Shown piece by piece: positions 1-11,520 of a DNA stretch of 64,000 bases. The stretch is taken from the NCBI GenBank assembly GCA_050084985.1, contig JBITNC010000001.1, forward strand, positions 96,782,001-96,846,000, written 5' to 3'. The position numbers were made by a program, and so were the translations under genes. This DNA comes from Nageia nagi. Lineage: Eukaryota > Plantae > Pinophyta. The notes under the pieces were generated by a model. It had not been told where the DNA came from. It saw nothing but the letters and a program-made list of their open reading frames with translations, and ran no database searches. Every line of letters begins with the position of its first letter. Position 1 is the stretch's first letter.

Positions 1-229
1 AGCATTATGGCTTTGCTTAAAATCCAAAAGGACAAATGTAATCATTTGGTAGCAAAAATGGCCCAGACAATAACCATCAAACTTGGCTTAGCCTTAAGTC
101 TACACTTTTGGATATCTTTGTCTAATTTGAATTTGGATGCATTATGATTCCTCGATATGATGAAGATTTGCTCTAACATATTACATGCAACATCAAATCA
201 TATTACTATCATAGTGGTGCAAATGGATC
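1..229 (-). promoter_or_regulatory. Distal upstream region of a SAUR copy lying left of the window
   Basis: Aligns by eye to SAUR upstream regions (e.g. 7553-7745: agcattgtgg...atcatttgg...gcccagacaa...gccttaagtc...cacatcaaatcatattact); interrupted at 230 by a copia LTR. Confidence 0.75.
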
Positions 230-1026
230 TAAAGATTTTGAAGAAAAATAAATAATAATTTGTAGCTAGGATATAGTAAGGTTGATCATAGGTGGAATAA
301 ACAACAAGAAAAATTGGAGACCAAAATATTTTTGTATTGTAGAGAAGCAAAAAAATATTTCAAGATTCTCTTGGAGCTAAATATTTTATGGCTATGCTAT
401 CTATATTTATCTTAAGATAAAATATTATATGCATGCTACTTGATCAAAAATAAAATTAAATATAGCATAGGCTCCATGCATTTTGTTATCCATTCTGTAG
501 AAAATAGAGGAAGCTCATGTCCTTTCTATTTGCATGACATCTAAAAAATATTAAATGGTTGCAGAAGGTTGATTAATTTTCATCCATTCTTATACATAAA
601 TTAATGTTTAAGGTTGAGCATTTAATTTCAAAGTAGAAATATCTTAGAAATGCTTTCTATAGTATTAATCCAGGTTCCAAAGCAAAAGTGATATCATTAT
701 GTAGGAACAAAAATAAATTGTAAGAAGACCTAGGGTTCAAGGCTTGGAATGATGATGTCATGTACCCAAAACAGCAAGTGCTATCAACTACCAGAGCTTA
801 AAAGGTAAATAATTCTAAATGCATAATAAGTCTTGGATGCATAGTAAGTTCAATATGGTGAAAATAAGAAAAGCCTAGAGGTTGGAGATCATTAAGTCCT
901 AAAGTAAGGAGATACATTCCAAATAACAATAGCACCTGAAGATGATCATTAACTCCTAGAGCAAGGAGATAGAGCCCAAAGAATAATAGTAATGCCCAAA
1001 TAAAGAAATGAAGATTGAAATTTTCA
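230..1026 (-). repeat. 3' LTR of copia element (~800 bp)
   Basis: Homologous along its length to 28179-28988; ends ...ttttCA on + next to the PPT; left end TAAAGATTTTG vs TGAAGATTTTG in the 5' LTR. Confidence 0.8.
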
Positions 1027-3204
1027 ATCACCCTCTTAATCTCCATGAAAAAAAGAGATCATTTTCTCTATTGGCAAAAAAATACAAATATAAAGAAAAA
1101 AAAGTAAAAGACATATGCAATATATATGGATTCCAACCAATACACTATTCTAGTCAAGGTTTTCCAATAATCACCCCTTGAATATCTAAGGTCTAGAATC
1201 CAAGTTATCTCTAAAGGTAGCAAAAATGATCTCTCGGTAATGGCTTTGTAAATATGTTTGCAATTTGAGCATTAGTAGGTTAATGGTGAAACTAGATAAA
1301 GCCATCTTCGACCAGATCTTTAATACAATGATGATATATATCAATGTGCATTATCCTACTGTGAAATATGGGATTCTTGGTCATGGTAGTTGTGATAAGA
1401 TTATAATAGTGTACTAAAATAGGGAGCTTAATATCCATGCCCAAATATTCAAATAGATGAGAAATCCAAATCGCTTATGTACAAGTGATGGAGGCAATAA
1501 GATACTCAGCTTTAGCTAATGAAAGTGCAATAGTGAATTGCTTCTTATTGCTCCATGAGACAAAATATTATCTAAAGAAGAATCCATACCCTGATGTGCT
1601 CTTCTAATCATCAATATATTTGGCCCAATCAGCATATGTATAAGCTTGTAAAATTTCTTGGTATGAGGATTTATACTATAACCCATATTGATGTGTGCCA
1701 CTCACATAGCATAGGATTCACTTGGCCATAATCTAATGCATTTTGATATGGTGAGTTCATGAATCAAGCTACTCTATTAAAAACAAACATGATATCCTAT
1801 TGAGTAGTAGTGAGATACATGATGTTACCTATTAAGGACCGGTACATAGTGGCATCAATATGTGGAGAAGATTCCTACTCCAACAGCTTGGTTCTAATAA
1901 TAGTTGATGTATCAATGGGGATATAATTTTGCATATTAAAGCAAGATAGTAGATCTTTAATATATTTAGATTGAGTGATCAAAATTCCACTAGAGGATTG
2001 CTTAACTTGTATGCCAAGAAAATAATTCATCTCTCCAAGATCACTCATCTCAAATTCACTGATCATAACATCTTTAAAATGATCTATCCTAGCAATGTAG
2101 GTGTTAGTAAAAATGATATCATCAACATATAAGCATAGAATAAAGAAGTTGCTATCATTAACCTTTATGTATAATATGCTTTCTACTAAGCATCTATGAT
2201 AACTATTTTTTCAAAGCTAACCATCAATCTTGGTGTACCAAGCTCGAGGTGCTTGTTTAAGACCATAGAGAGCCTTTTTTAGTTTATATACCTTATCTAC
2301 TTGATCATGAATAATAAATCCTTTAGGCTCCTTAACATAAATAACCTCCTTCAAATATCCATTAAGAAAAGAATATTTGACATCCATCTGGTAGACTGTT
2401 TATCCAAAATAAGAGGCAAGTGCAAGCAAAGACCTCATAGTTTTTTAGCTGGGTACTAGGGTAAAAGTCTTATCATAATCTATCCCTTCCTTATGAGCTT
2501 ATCTTTTAGCAACTAGATAGGATTTATGCTTTGTAATACTCCCATCAGAATTATGCTTCATTTTATAAATCCACTTGACACCAATTACCTTTATATCTTC
2601 AAGAGCAGGTACAAGCTTCAAGGTGTCATTCTTCTAGATTTGCTCAATCTCATCCTTTATGGCTTTCTTCCAATCTTCATTGGAAGTAGCTTCAGTATAT
2701 GAGGAAGGCTTAATAAATGAAGATATTAATGCATAATATATATTTACCTCTTGATTTCTAGCTTTGGTTTATGATTGAATCAGTTCTTTTATTAAGCTCT
2801 TTATCTAGCATCAATGATGGAGGATGATATCAATCACTTGTCCACTTATTTTTGACTGGTGGAGTATGAGTAGTAGGAGACTAGTTTGGCTATGCCTACT
2901 AAGGTGAGCTAGTGGTTGGTGAATATGGTGATGAAGGTTGAGGAGGAGGAGGTGTAGTAGTGTGAGAAGGTTCATAATCTTCATCCAATTGGAATTTAGC
3001 AGTGGTATCTTCAACACCATTTTCTTGATTGGTTATGCCTTCTTCAAAAATTAAATATTTGTTGATGTGAACCTTACCAATTAATGGATCATAATACCTA
3101 TAGGCCTTATATGGTTTAGAGTATCCCATTAAGATGCATTTAATGGATTTCTCATCAAGATTATTCCAATTTTCTTTTGGCATATGCATAAAATAAGTTG
3201 AGCC
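230..3204 (-). mobile_element. Degenerate Ty1/copia LTR retrotransposon, 3' half (3' LTR, PPT, RNaseH/RT, end of integrase), 5'-truncated
   Basis: ORF remnants EFEMSDLGEMNYFLGIQV (RT) and LDEKSIKCILMGYS...KAYRYY (integrase C-terminal region); purine tract GGAGATTAAGAGGGTGA on minus strand at ~1028-1044; many stops and frameshifts; collinear with 23689-26085. Confidence 0.9.
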
Positions 3205-3692
3205 AAAATTACTCAACAGCTATCGAAAACAAAAGTGTGAAGTACAAATTTCAAACCTATTTTGAAGTGATGACAGTGACATCAATCCTTAAAAATGGCT
3301 GACAAGAACAACCCTTGCCAGCTCATCTGGATTTGTGCAAAATCTGAGAATGGAGAGCAACCAATTGATTCTCATTACAAATCTCAAAAGCCTTAAAAGG
3401 TGCTAAGCTTTTCAGATTAAAAACCATGTATGGTCTTATTGTATCATGTGCGCTTTCAAAATTTGAGTCGGGATAGGATAACTTAAAAGATTTGGATTAG
3501 ATATAGGTGATTATGAACACCAACATATGCAATGCATAGGCCTTAAGGAAATAAAACATATACGTCTATACACCATTTGAGGCATGTAGTCCAATACAAA
3601 ATCAACTAGCAAGATAGTCTAATGTTAGGTCTGCTTTAGTATAGCCACAAAGATCAACCATCCAAATATACTATGCACAACATGTTGCTTAA

Positions 3693-3847
3693 CAGTCACG
3701 ATAACTACCAATCAATCCCCACTCCTAGATGACACCAAGAGTGTTTTGCGAGGCATCTGATGGAACCAAATTCATGACCGACACCATAACATTTGCCAAG
3801 GCAGCGAAAAATCCTCCCAAACCAGCATTCATGTCCAAATAGCAAAC
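3693..3847 (-). pseudogene. Exon fragment of a PMT-type SAM-dependent methyltransferase (Methyltransf_29 family)
   Basis: Manual minus-strand translation LDMNAGLGGFFAALANVMVSVMNLVPSDASQNTLGVI*E(fs)GLIGSYRDW matches the family motif MDMNAGLGGFAAAL...VWVMNVVP...NTLGVIYERGLIGxYHDW; one stop and one frameshift. Confidence 0.85.
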
Positions 3848-4112
3848 TGCAAATGCGTGCAAGAATAAGCATGCCTCCTATTCAGTATCAAATATAATTA
3901 GATGCAACGAAATAGAATTGACAATATCAATTTTCAGAATGTCACATCCTAGTCTCCATGATTTTACAGTTTACTTATTATCTTATTTTAATCAATTTTC
4001 CTGAGGTTGTTAGGATGCTTTTACATTTCTCAATTTCTTTGTAAAATTATACTTCTTTCTTTGCTGTGTGGAAACTCTTTTTTGGTTGCTAACAGGTGAG
4101 AAGTATGAACTT

Positions 4113-4158
4113 CAAGAATATCAGAATTTTGTGGCCAAGAATATCAGAATTTTGTGGC
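4113..4158 (+). repeat. 23-bp tandem duplication caagaatatcagaattttgtggc x2
   Basis: Direct repeat; single copy in the paralog at ~31969. Confidence 0.9.
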
Positions 4159-5337
4159 CATCCTAAGAATTGCCTTAGCAATGCACTGGGGAGACTCGAC
4201 CCGGGATCAATATGGCAAAGTCCCATGGTTTTACTGGCTACCAAACAGAGCAACATAACTCAATACTACAAGCGTCATGGTACACAATTATGGGTCACTC
4301 ACAACACCGACCAGCATTGAAGGCTATATTACGAAAACTGCTCTACAACTGTCATATATGATTTGCCCAATGAAAGTTCCCAAGCCACAAGGTTGTATGT
4401 TTTGTCCAATGAAAATATGATGTTATATTATTAAATAACATCTCAAAAAGTAGGGTTTCTAGGGGCGGCCACCACTTATAGTTAATTTTCATTTTTTATC
4501 CTCACAAAGGTTAGGTAAGCATTCTTCTTTCCAAAATTCTTTCTGCATAGTTTCAAATTTAATTATAAGAATCTGAATTTTAGTTAGGTTGAGTTAAAAT
4601 TAAAATAATTGTTAAAAATATGTTTAATAATAGAATAAGTTATAAAAGGATCAATGTTTATATTATAATTAATAAATCATTATGTATGGTAATATTAGTT
4701 TGAGAGTTGTCTATTCATGTTAAAGTAGTTGGGAAAGTAATAAGAAGTAATGGGAACTAAATCTTCCTATGTTTACATGGTAAAACATGTGAAAGGAGTT
4801 AAAGTATGCTTCTCTAAAATTAAAAAATGGATTATATTCAAAAAAATAATATTATCTTAAGATTTAATAAAGGCACCACAAGAAATTAATTCATTGATAT
4901 CATTTCCAATTTAATTCATATTCACATTTACACTCTTATTTATAATAGTATTTTGATATAGATGAAAAGAAATATATGTCTATATATTTGTATGCATGAA
5001 AGAAGTAGAGTTTTGATCATAATTAAAAAAAAAAAAAAAAAAAAGATCTGAACTCACAACTTTATTTTTTGCATAAACTTTGTAATTTATTTGTCTTATT
5101 AGCTAAGCTTAATAATTCTATAATAACAATCATAAGATTGATATATTAAATCACATAAAATAATATATATAGATATAAACTATTAGAAAATATGTAAAAA
5201 AATAAATAAAAATTAACTTATCCTTAAGAAAAAAAATAATATAAACCTAAGCCAAGAGTTTTGATATAAAAATTTAAAGAAGTAAAAGTTTTTAATATTA
5301 AGATTACAATAATAATTTTGGTACTTACAAAGTAGAA

Positions 5338-5495
5338 TTTTTTTTGTTGGAGGAACAACCACTAAAGGAAATTCATGTCCCAAAATCTACATAATCTACC
5401 ATAATTGGATAAGATTTACATATTTTCACTCATTAGAGATGGGATTGGAACCAAGGTCTCTCCGACTCAAAAGGAGAGTTTCCACTTTCCCTTAT
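5338..5495 (-). mobile_element. Probable tRNA-derived SINE
   Basis: Minus strand has B-box-like GAGACCTTGGTTCCAATCCC, a weak A-box-like AAAGTGG about 25 bp upstream, and an A-tail (poly-T on + at 5338-5345); ~160 bp. Confidence 0.5.
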
Positions 5496-5789
5496 TTTTT
5501 CAACTCCTTACTTTCATACTAAATAGAGTATTATTCAAATATATCCCGACAATAAAATGTAATAAATTTTGATAAATCACTAATGCACTTTTCATACATT
5601 AATTTATATAAATTAAATTGTTTTTTTGGTTTGTTAAATTATGTTAGATGTAAAGAATGTAGAGGTGAATTTCATTTACAAGAAAAATTTACTAGAATTA
5701 TCATATCTAAATTGTAGATAGCCGTAATTCCAAGCGTGAATATGGATCTTTTTTTGGAGAAAAAGAGAGGTCATTTGGTGTGGTCAAAC

Positions 5790-5944
5790 AAAAAAAAAAA
5801 GACAGAAGGAAAAACAATATACCCTTCCATTCAAAAAGTTCATCAGGACTTTTTGGAATAGGGTTGGCTGAGCCCCAAGCCTGCCCTGGTAATATCTTTC
5901 CTCGATATGTACAGATTCGTTCTGACAGCTCACATGCCATATCA
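5790..5944 (-). other. Empty SAUR unit (3' flank fused to distal promoter, gene deleted)
   Basis: aatatacccttccattcaaaaagtt (3'-flank-like) followed within ~25 bp by gttggctgagccccaagcctgccctgg...cacatgccatatca (promoter-like). Confidence 0.65.
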
Positions 5945-6903
5945 TAGTTATAGTTTTTTTGCGTTCTTGAAAAAACAAGTATATCATCTAAGGTGTACAT
6001 CAAATCTTATCAAAAATCTTTTCTTAAAATATTTTTATCATTTACAAATATCATCAATTTTAAATATAATTTTAAGTATTTTCATAAAAATGTAATATTA
6101 TACATATTTTTATTTATCATTTTTATTTTAGTATTTAACATTATCTATATAGATTATAGTTTTTGAATGTGAGAGAATTATTTATATTATTATATGTAAT
6201 TTTATGGTTCATATCTATTCATACTAACACATTTATGCTATTAATTATAAGGAAAACTCTTTACTAGTTTGATAAAATTTGAGATGTGATGTATTTACAA
6301 AAGGAATAATTTCAAAAACCACCATATTTGAATGAACCATCATATGATCATAAAATTTATATTTTTGTATTTCACATTATTAATATAAATTATAATTTTT
6401 TTTAATATAGTCAATTATGTATATTATTATATGTAATTTTGTGGTTCATATCTACACATACCAACACACTTATCCCATTAATTACATAAAAAAATCTGTA
6501 TTGATTTGATAAAATTTGAAGTGTGATGGATCTACAAAGGATTAACCTCAAAATTCCACCATTGAACCATCATGTGATCATATATGGACAAATAAAAAGG
6601 AGAAGAAAAGAAAAAGGAGAAGAAAGATGGTATACCCTTCAATTAAAAGGGCTTATCGGTACTCCAGTAACATAAATGTTGGGCAAGTCTGATCCTCCAT
6701 AAAATGGCCTTCAATTAAAATGATAATGAGTGGTTAGTCCAATCACATCCAGCCTCCATAAACAACACTCAACTGTGCTTTTGGCTCCACTAATAACAAA
6801 CCACATATCTTTTCATCAGACACTACGTTGCCTTAAAGTCAATTACCAACAAAACTTCTGGACAAGAAGATCCCCGCAATCTTCTTGTGAGTTATCAGTT
6901 CAA

Positions 6904-7380
6904 TCAATGCACAAGCACACTTTTATCCACATCGCTGAATAGCGTATAGTTAGAAAGAGGAGATAGGCCGTAACCATTCACGTCCAAAGCATATCCACCA
7001 CCATTCTCATGCTTAAGGTCTTGCCACTCTCTCAGCATGCGAATGACTCTATCCAAAACAGATGGCTCGCAGGGTATAGTAAGCTTACTATCCCTATAAT
7101 TGAACCCAAATTCCTCCTCAGCCTTAACCAGGAGCTCTCTAAACAATGGATGGTTCAAATAACCCACGGGAATCACAAACCTTTTCCTCTTTTCCTTCCC
7201 GGCATAAACAGCCACATGACCTTCAGGAACCGCTCTCCTCCACCTCACCAGCTCTTCATCCTCTTTGCTCTCGTACAAAGAAAAGGACTTTCTTCTCCTA
7301 AGCTTAATGCTCGCAGTCTTGGGAATGGCTGCAATCTTCTGCCATTTTAGAGCAACCTTCAAGATCTTGCTTCTGTCCAT
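6904..7380 (-). CDS. SAUR: Auxin-responsive SAUR family protein, copy 1 (158 aa)
   Basis: Intronless ORF; Auxin_inducible core VPEGHVAVYAG...RFVIPVGYLNHPLFRELLVKAEEEFGF...LTIPC; basic N-terminus KWQKIAA. Confidence 0.97.
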   Translation of the reverse strand: MDRSKILKVALKWQKIAAIPKTASIKLRRRKSFSLYESKEDEELVRWRRAVPEGHVAVYAGKEKRKRFVIPVGYLNHPLFRELLVKAEEEFGFNYRDSKLTIPCEPSVLDRVIRMLREWQDLKHENGGGYALDVNGYGLSPLSNYTLFSDVDKSVLVH

Positions 7381-7458
7381 AACTCAAAGAAGAGGAAACA
7401 GAAAAATAGAATCTAAGAGAGCGATCTGAGCTTGATGAATTTGATCCGATCTCAGGCC

Positions 7459-7540
7459 TAAATAAATAGAGTGGCTACGAAATCATAGATAGGTTAGCAG
7501 TCGTGTTCTTTGGATTGAATAGAGGAGACATGGTCATGTG
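7459..7540 (-). promoter_or_regulatory. SAUR core promoter: TATTTA box and NDE-like module (CACATG-ACCA-TGTCTC)
   Basis: Minus strand TCTATTTATTTA at 7459-7470; AuxRE TGTCTC at 7525-7530; E-box/HUD CACATG at 7535-7540; same module in all six copies. Confidence 0.75.
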
Positions 7541-7946
7541 AAAGTTCAGAAAGCATTGTGGTTCTGTTTAAAATCCGGAAGGACAGCCATAATCATTTGG
7601 CAACAAAGGTGGCCCAGACAACAACCGTTAAACCTGGCTCAGCCTTAAGTCTGCCCTGGGGATATCTTTCGTCCAATTTGAATTTGGATTCTATCAGACA
7701 GTTCACATGCCACATCAAATCATATTACTGTCACGGTGGCGCAGGTGGTTACCACATCATCAAGTCAATCCAAATGCTGCCTCCAAATGGCAAGCAGTGG
7801 GTCACCAAACTTTACACGTACGTACCATTAGATCACTTTTATTCAGCGAATGACAGAATCGATGGCATACTCTAATGATTTGGGTACAAGCTAATACTAT
7901 TATAAGGATCGGAATGAGCGGGTGATTTATTTTCATATTTTATATA

Positions 7947-9554
7947 CGTTGTACAAAACTAATTTTTGTCAAATGTAAACGTTGGAAATAAGTAGAGTAT
8001 TTTACAAAATTTGAAATTTATATTTTTGAATACAATTTAAGAAAATAATGATTTATTTTTATTTTATATTTTTCACATTTTATTATTAATATAGTTAGTA
8101 ATGGGCATCCTTGGCCTCCACATTAGGAAGTTGTTCCATGTGGAAATCTTACATCATATGATAAGTTTCCCTCAAGGCATTCTTGGATGCCTCCTTTAAA
8201 TCCCTAAATGTGGAATAAGGCGGCATCACTACCAAGTCAAGTGGTGGTGCTAAGGAGACTCTTGACATGATTCAGACCATTTGATTGTCAACGAAACTCC
8301 ATTGATTGGTGGAACCCCTCCTTGTCATCTCTCCTCTATGATTTATAAAATAGTATAAAAAGAGAATGTTTATATATTGAAATGAAAGTGTGCACCATTT
8401 TTATAGTTATCAATGTTAAGTCCATCATATATAGATTTGTGATACAAATTAAATCTAAAACTCTAAATCACCAAACACCATTTTACCACAACTATAACAC
8501 TAAAAGAAATTCTTTATTTTTTCAGGTAACTAGCAACATAAGAATTATTGAAATAGTGGATGTAATACTTAGTTAACACATAACAAATGGTTGAAACTGT
8601 TGGAGTGAATCATTCCATGCAACATATGCATCTGCATATCCAAAACATCCATACTAAATCCTCCCTCTCCCTGCATCAGTATGATAAAGTGATACCTCTT
8701 CTTACATACCAAATCATGGCTTCATCCTATCGATAGAATCCATTCAAAACACATTGCATAGCAAAATAAAAAACATAAAATGATATACATATTCATGTAT
8801 ATTTTTCCTCACTATGTAGTTAATGTATTAAACATACGATACTCCATCAACTTTATGATGAGAATGCAAATCTTAAGTATACAAATCATCTCAAGGACAT
8901 ATGACCAACACATGTTTTCAAGTCCTAAGCTTGTTTGAAAAATCCTACAAGAAATTATGAAATTATCCCAAATAGCCATCAAAATTGTACATCCAGTCCA
9001 AACATTGAATCCATACAAATGAGTTTCTCATTCTCGTTCGTATTACTCAGTATAGACATTTATTTGACTCAATATTTTGATAAAAACCTAAACTCAAAGT
9101 TCATAATCATTAATGGTGCATCATTGTAGCATGCAAAAGTTGACTTAATTTACATACAACAATCTAAAGTTCTTCATTCCTTGTTGAAACTGATTACTTA
9201 TGATGTTATCGATATGTTAACTATCTTGTAGCAACTTTCCTACAACACACCATGGCCACTTCCTATAACTAAAAAGCATTGTAGTTTAGTGTTGCCCTAT
9301 TTTTTCGATGAGAGAGGATTAATTGATTAATGATGTGAGAGTGGGCATTTTCATTGATAGATAATTAGTTAACCCCCAACATTATCATCGATTGGGTTTT
9401 CAGAGAAAATATGTGTCTTCAATATAACTCACACTCAAATAGCAAATCAATGGCTCAACTTCATTTCATCATCGAAGATTGGTGTGATGGCCATCAATGA
9501 TCATGGATCAAAATTTTTACCACTCACTTTCTAAGGGATATGCCTATGGTGTAA
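7947..9554 (-). mobile_element. Helitron-like insertion (3' terminus deleted in this copy)
   Basis: Present only in units 1 and 4, inside the minisatellite; paralog 35421-37243 retains a CTAG end. Confidence 0.4.
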
Positions 9555-9800
9555 TGATATAGGCATAAGCTAATGGTCTAATACACATATTATATATTGC
9601 CATGGGCATAAGCTAATGGTTTAGTAGATGAATAGATGATTTAGTTTTAAATTTTATATGTACATTATATAATGATATACCCACAAGCAAATGCTCTAGT
9701 ATATGAGTGAATGATTTATTTTAAATTCCATAATGACATAATATAATGATATATGCACAAACTATATCATTACATGACGTGTATGTGCCATTATATGATG
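9555..9800. repeat. AT-rich ~65-70 bp minisatellite between SAUR promoter and PPR pseudogene
   Basis: Repeated gatgatttagttttaaattttata...cattatataatgatata...aagctaatg; also at 18780-19090, 29150-29920, 37244-37495, 44740-45000. Confidence 0.7.
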
Positions 9801-9974
9801 TATGTCAATTATACATGTTCACTAAGGGGTGAAACTAGAGGAGAATTGTCAACATGGAATTTTTTATTTTAAACTCTATAAACATCACTTGCCATGGACT
9901 CAAACTCATTTTAAATGAAAAATGTTTTATTTCTTTGGTTTCATTCCTTTGATGGTCATTTGTGTTGTTAGCAA

Positions 9975-11520
9975 ATGCAATTGTTATTTTCCAGCATTCA
10001 TCCTACATATGTCACCATTGGAGCTCTAGAAAAGGGTATGGACATCCATCAAAGAGTAGTTGAAAATGATTTCACATCAAATATTATGGTTATGGGGCAA
10101 TTGATAGTGATGTATGCAAAATATGGGAGAATACATAAGGGAGGTGTTAGTTTTTTAGAGTCTAAAAATTGATAAGTTTAATTTCTAATTTTTCTATCAA
10201 TAACTACCTCTAGAAAATTAGTTATTTTTCTATTTTTAGTGTGCTTCATGAATATGATTGCATGGCATACATAGCATATTCTAACCTCCTATTTTCTATA
10301 ACTATGTGAGGGTATTCTGTTATTTCATATGAAGCTATAGTAATCTATTGGATGCATGGGTGCAAAGTTGAGTTTGAGAGAGGATTGATGATGAGAAGAA
10401 CAAGGAGAGACCAATATCTAAGGGTTCCAGACTCTATTTCAAAGAGTATTAATTGTAACATTATTACAAGGGAGACTCCTTTGAGGAATAATAAAAGGAG
10501 GACTATTTTGTGGAGTAACCCATATTTTGGGTGACCCACTATACATGTTATGTTGTCTCTTATTTATTATTAAGTGTATTACTCCTCTTTCATTGTTTAT
10601 TCTTCTACAATTTTGAACCTTTGATATATTACTCAAAGAGAGGATTAAATTTTTAATTTAATCAGTATATCCCAATAGGAGGGAATTATTTGATAAGATG
10701 CCTCGTCATAATACACTTTCATGGATATAAATGATCATAAGATATGCATAAAATGAATTTTCTAAGAAATCCTTAGAGATTTTTAAGCAAATGCAACTAT
10801 TAAGAGTAAGTAGAGACTCTTCAATATTTATGAGCATTCTTCTAATATATGCCACCGTGGGAGCTCTAGAGGAAGGTATGGGTATCCATCAAAAAGTATT
10901 TAAAAATAGTTTTCATTGAATGTTGTGGTTGTGAGTGCCCTCATAATTATGCATATAAATTGTGGAAGAATACACAAGGCATGGAATTATTTGAAATGAT
11001 GCATGATGCAAACATAGTTTCATGGATTGCAATGATCATAAAATATACAAAAAATGGATACAATGAAAGAGTTCATGAATTGCTTGATAAAATGCATGAT
11101 CTAATGCCATATCATGGAGTGAAATGATTGCATGATATGCAAAAAATTGGCTTTCTAAAAAGGTTATAGATTCTTTTAAGAAGATGCAATTTTCAAGTTT
11201 AAAATCAATTTTTGCAACCTTTACCAACACTCTCTTAGCATGTGACACCTTGGTAGATCTAGAAGAAGCTATTGACATCCATAAAAGAGTAGTTGAAAAT
11301 GATTTTTCATTGAATATTATGGTTCTAAATGTCCTAATGGATATGTATGCAAAATGTGAAAGGATACAAAAGGCATAGGAATTGTTTGATAAGATTCATG
11401 ATGTAGCTATGATTTCATGGAATGTAATGACTGGATGATATACAATCTATGGTTACAACAAGGATGCTCTTAAACTCTTTGACCATATGAATTAACACTT
11501 GGGAACTAACCCTAATAGCA
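9975..11520 (+). pseudogene. PLS-class PPR pseudogene fragment (unit 1), interrupted by a solo LTR
   Basis: GALEKGMDIHQRVVEN, MYAKYGRIHK, LMDMYAKCERIQKA motifs with many stops and frameshifts. Confidence 0.9.
10145..10677. mobile_element. Solo LTR (533 bp) with 5-bp TSD GGAGG
   Basis: Ends TGTTAG...CCAATA (degenerate TG..CA inverted ends); GGAGG at 10140-10144 and 10678-10682; removing it restores PPR continuity (IHKG-RELFDKMP). Confidence 0.8.

Noticed and set aside
798-1046. Hydrophobic 82-aa ORF (and 23637-23846)
   Set aside because: Falls in the copia LTR's internal direct repeats; not conserved in the 5' LTR
7009-7350. 113-aa antisense ORF recurring in SAUR copies (also 22397, 34452, 49467; 97 aa at 43733)
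   Set aside because: Lies wholly within the SAUR CDS, has no recognisable domain, and is truncated in copy 5 by a change synonymous for SAUR; explained as a shadow frame
7558-7875. 105-aa ORF over the promoter, nearly identical at 35000-35317
   Set aside because: GTG start; conserved only between the two recent duplicates and broken in other copies
9555-9800. Repeat-spacer-like periodicity (CRISPR-like)
   Set aside because: Degenerate AT-rich tandem minisatellite without unique spacers, in eukaryotic DNA
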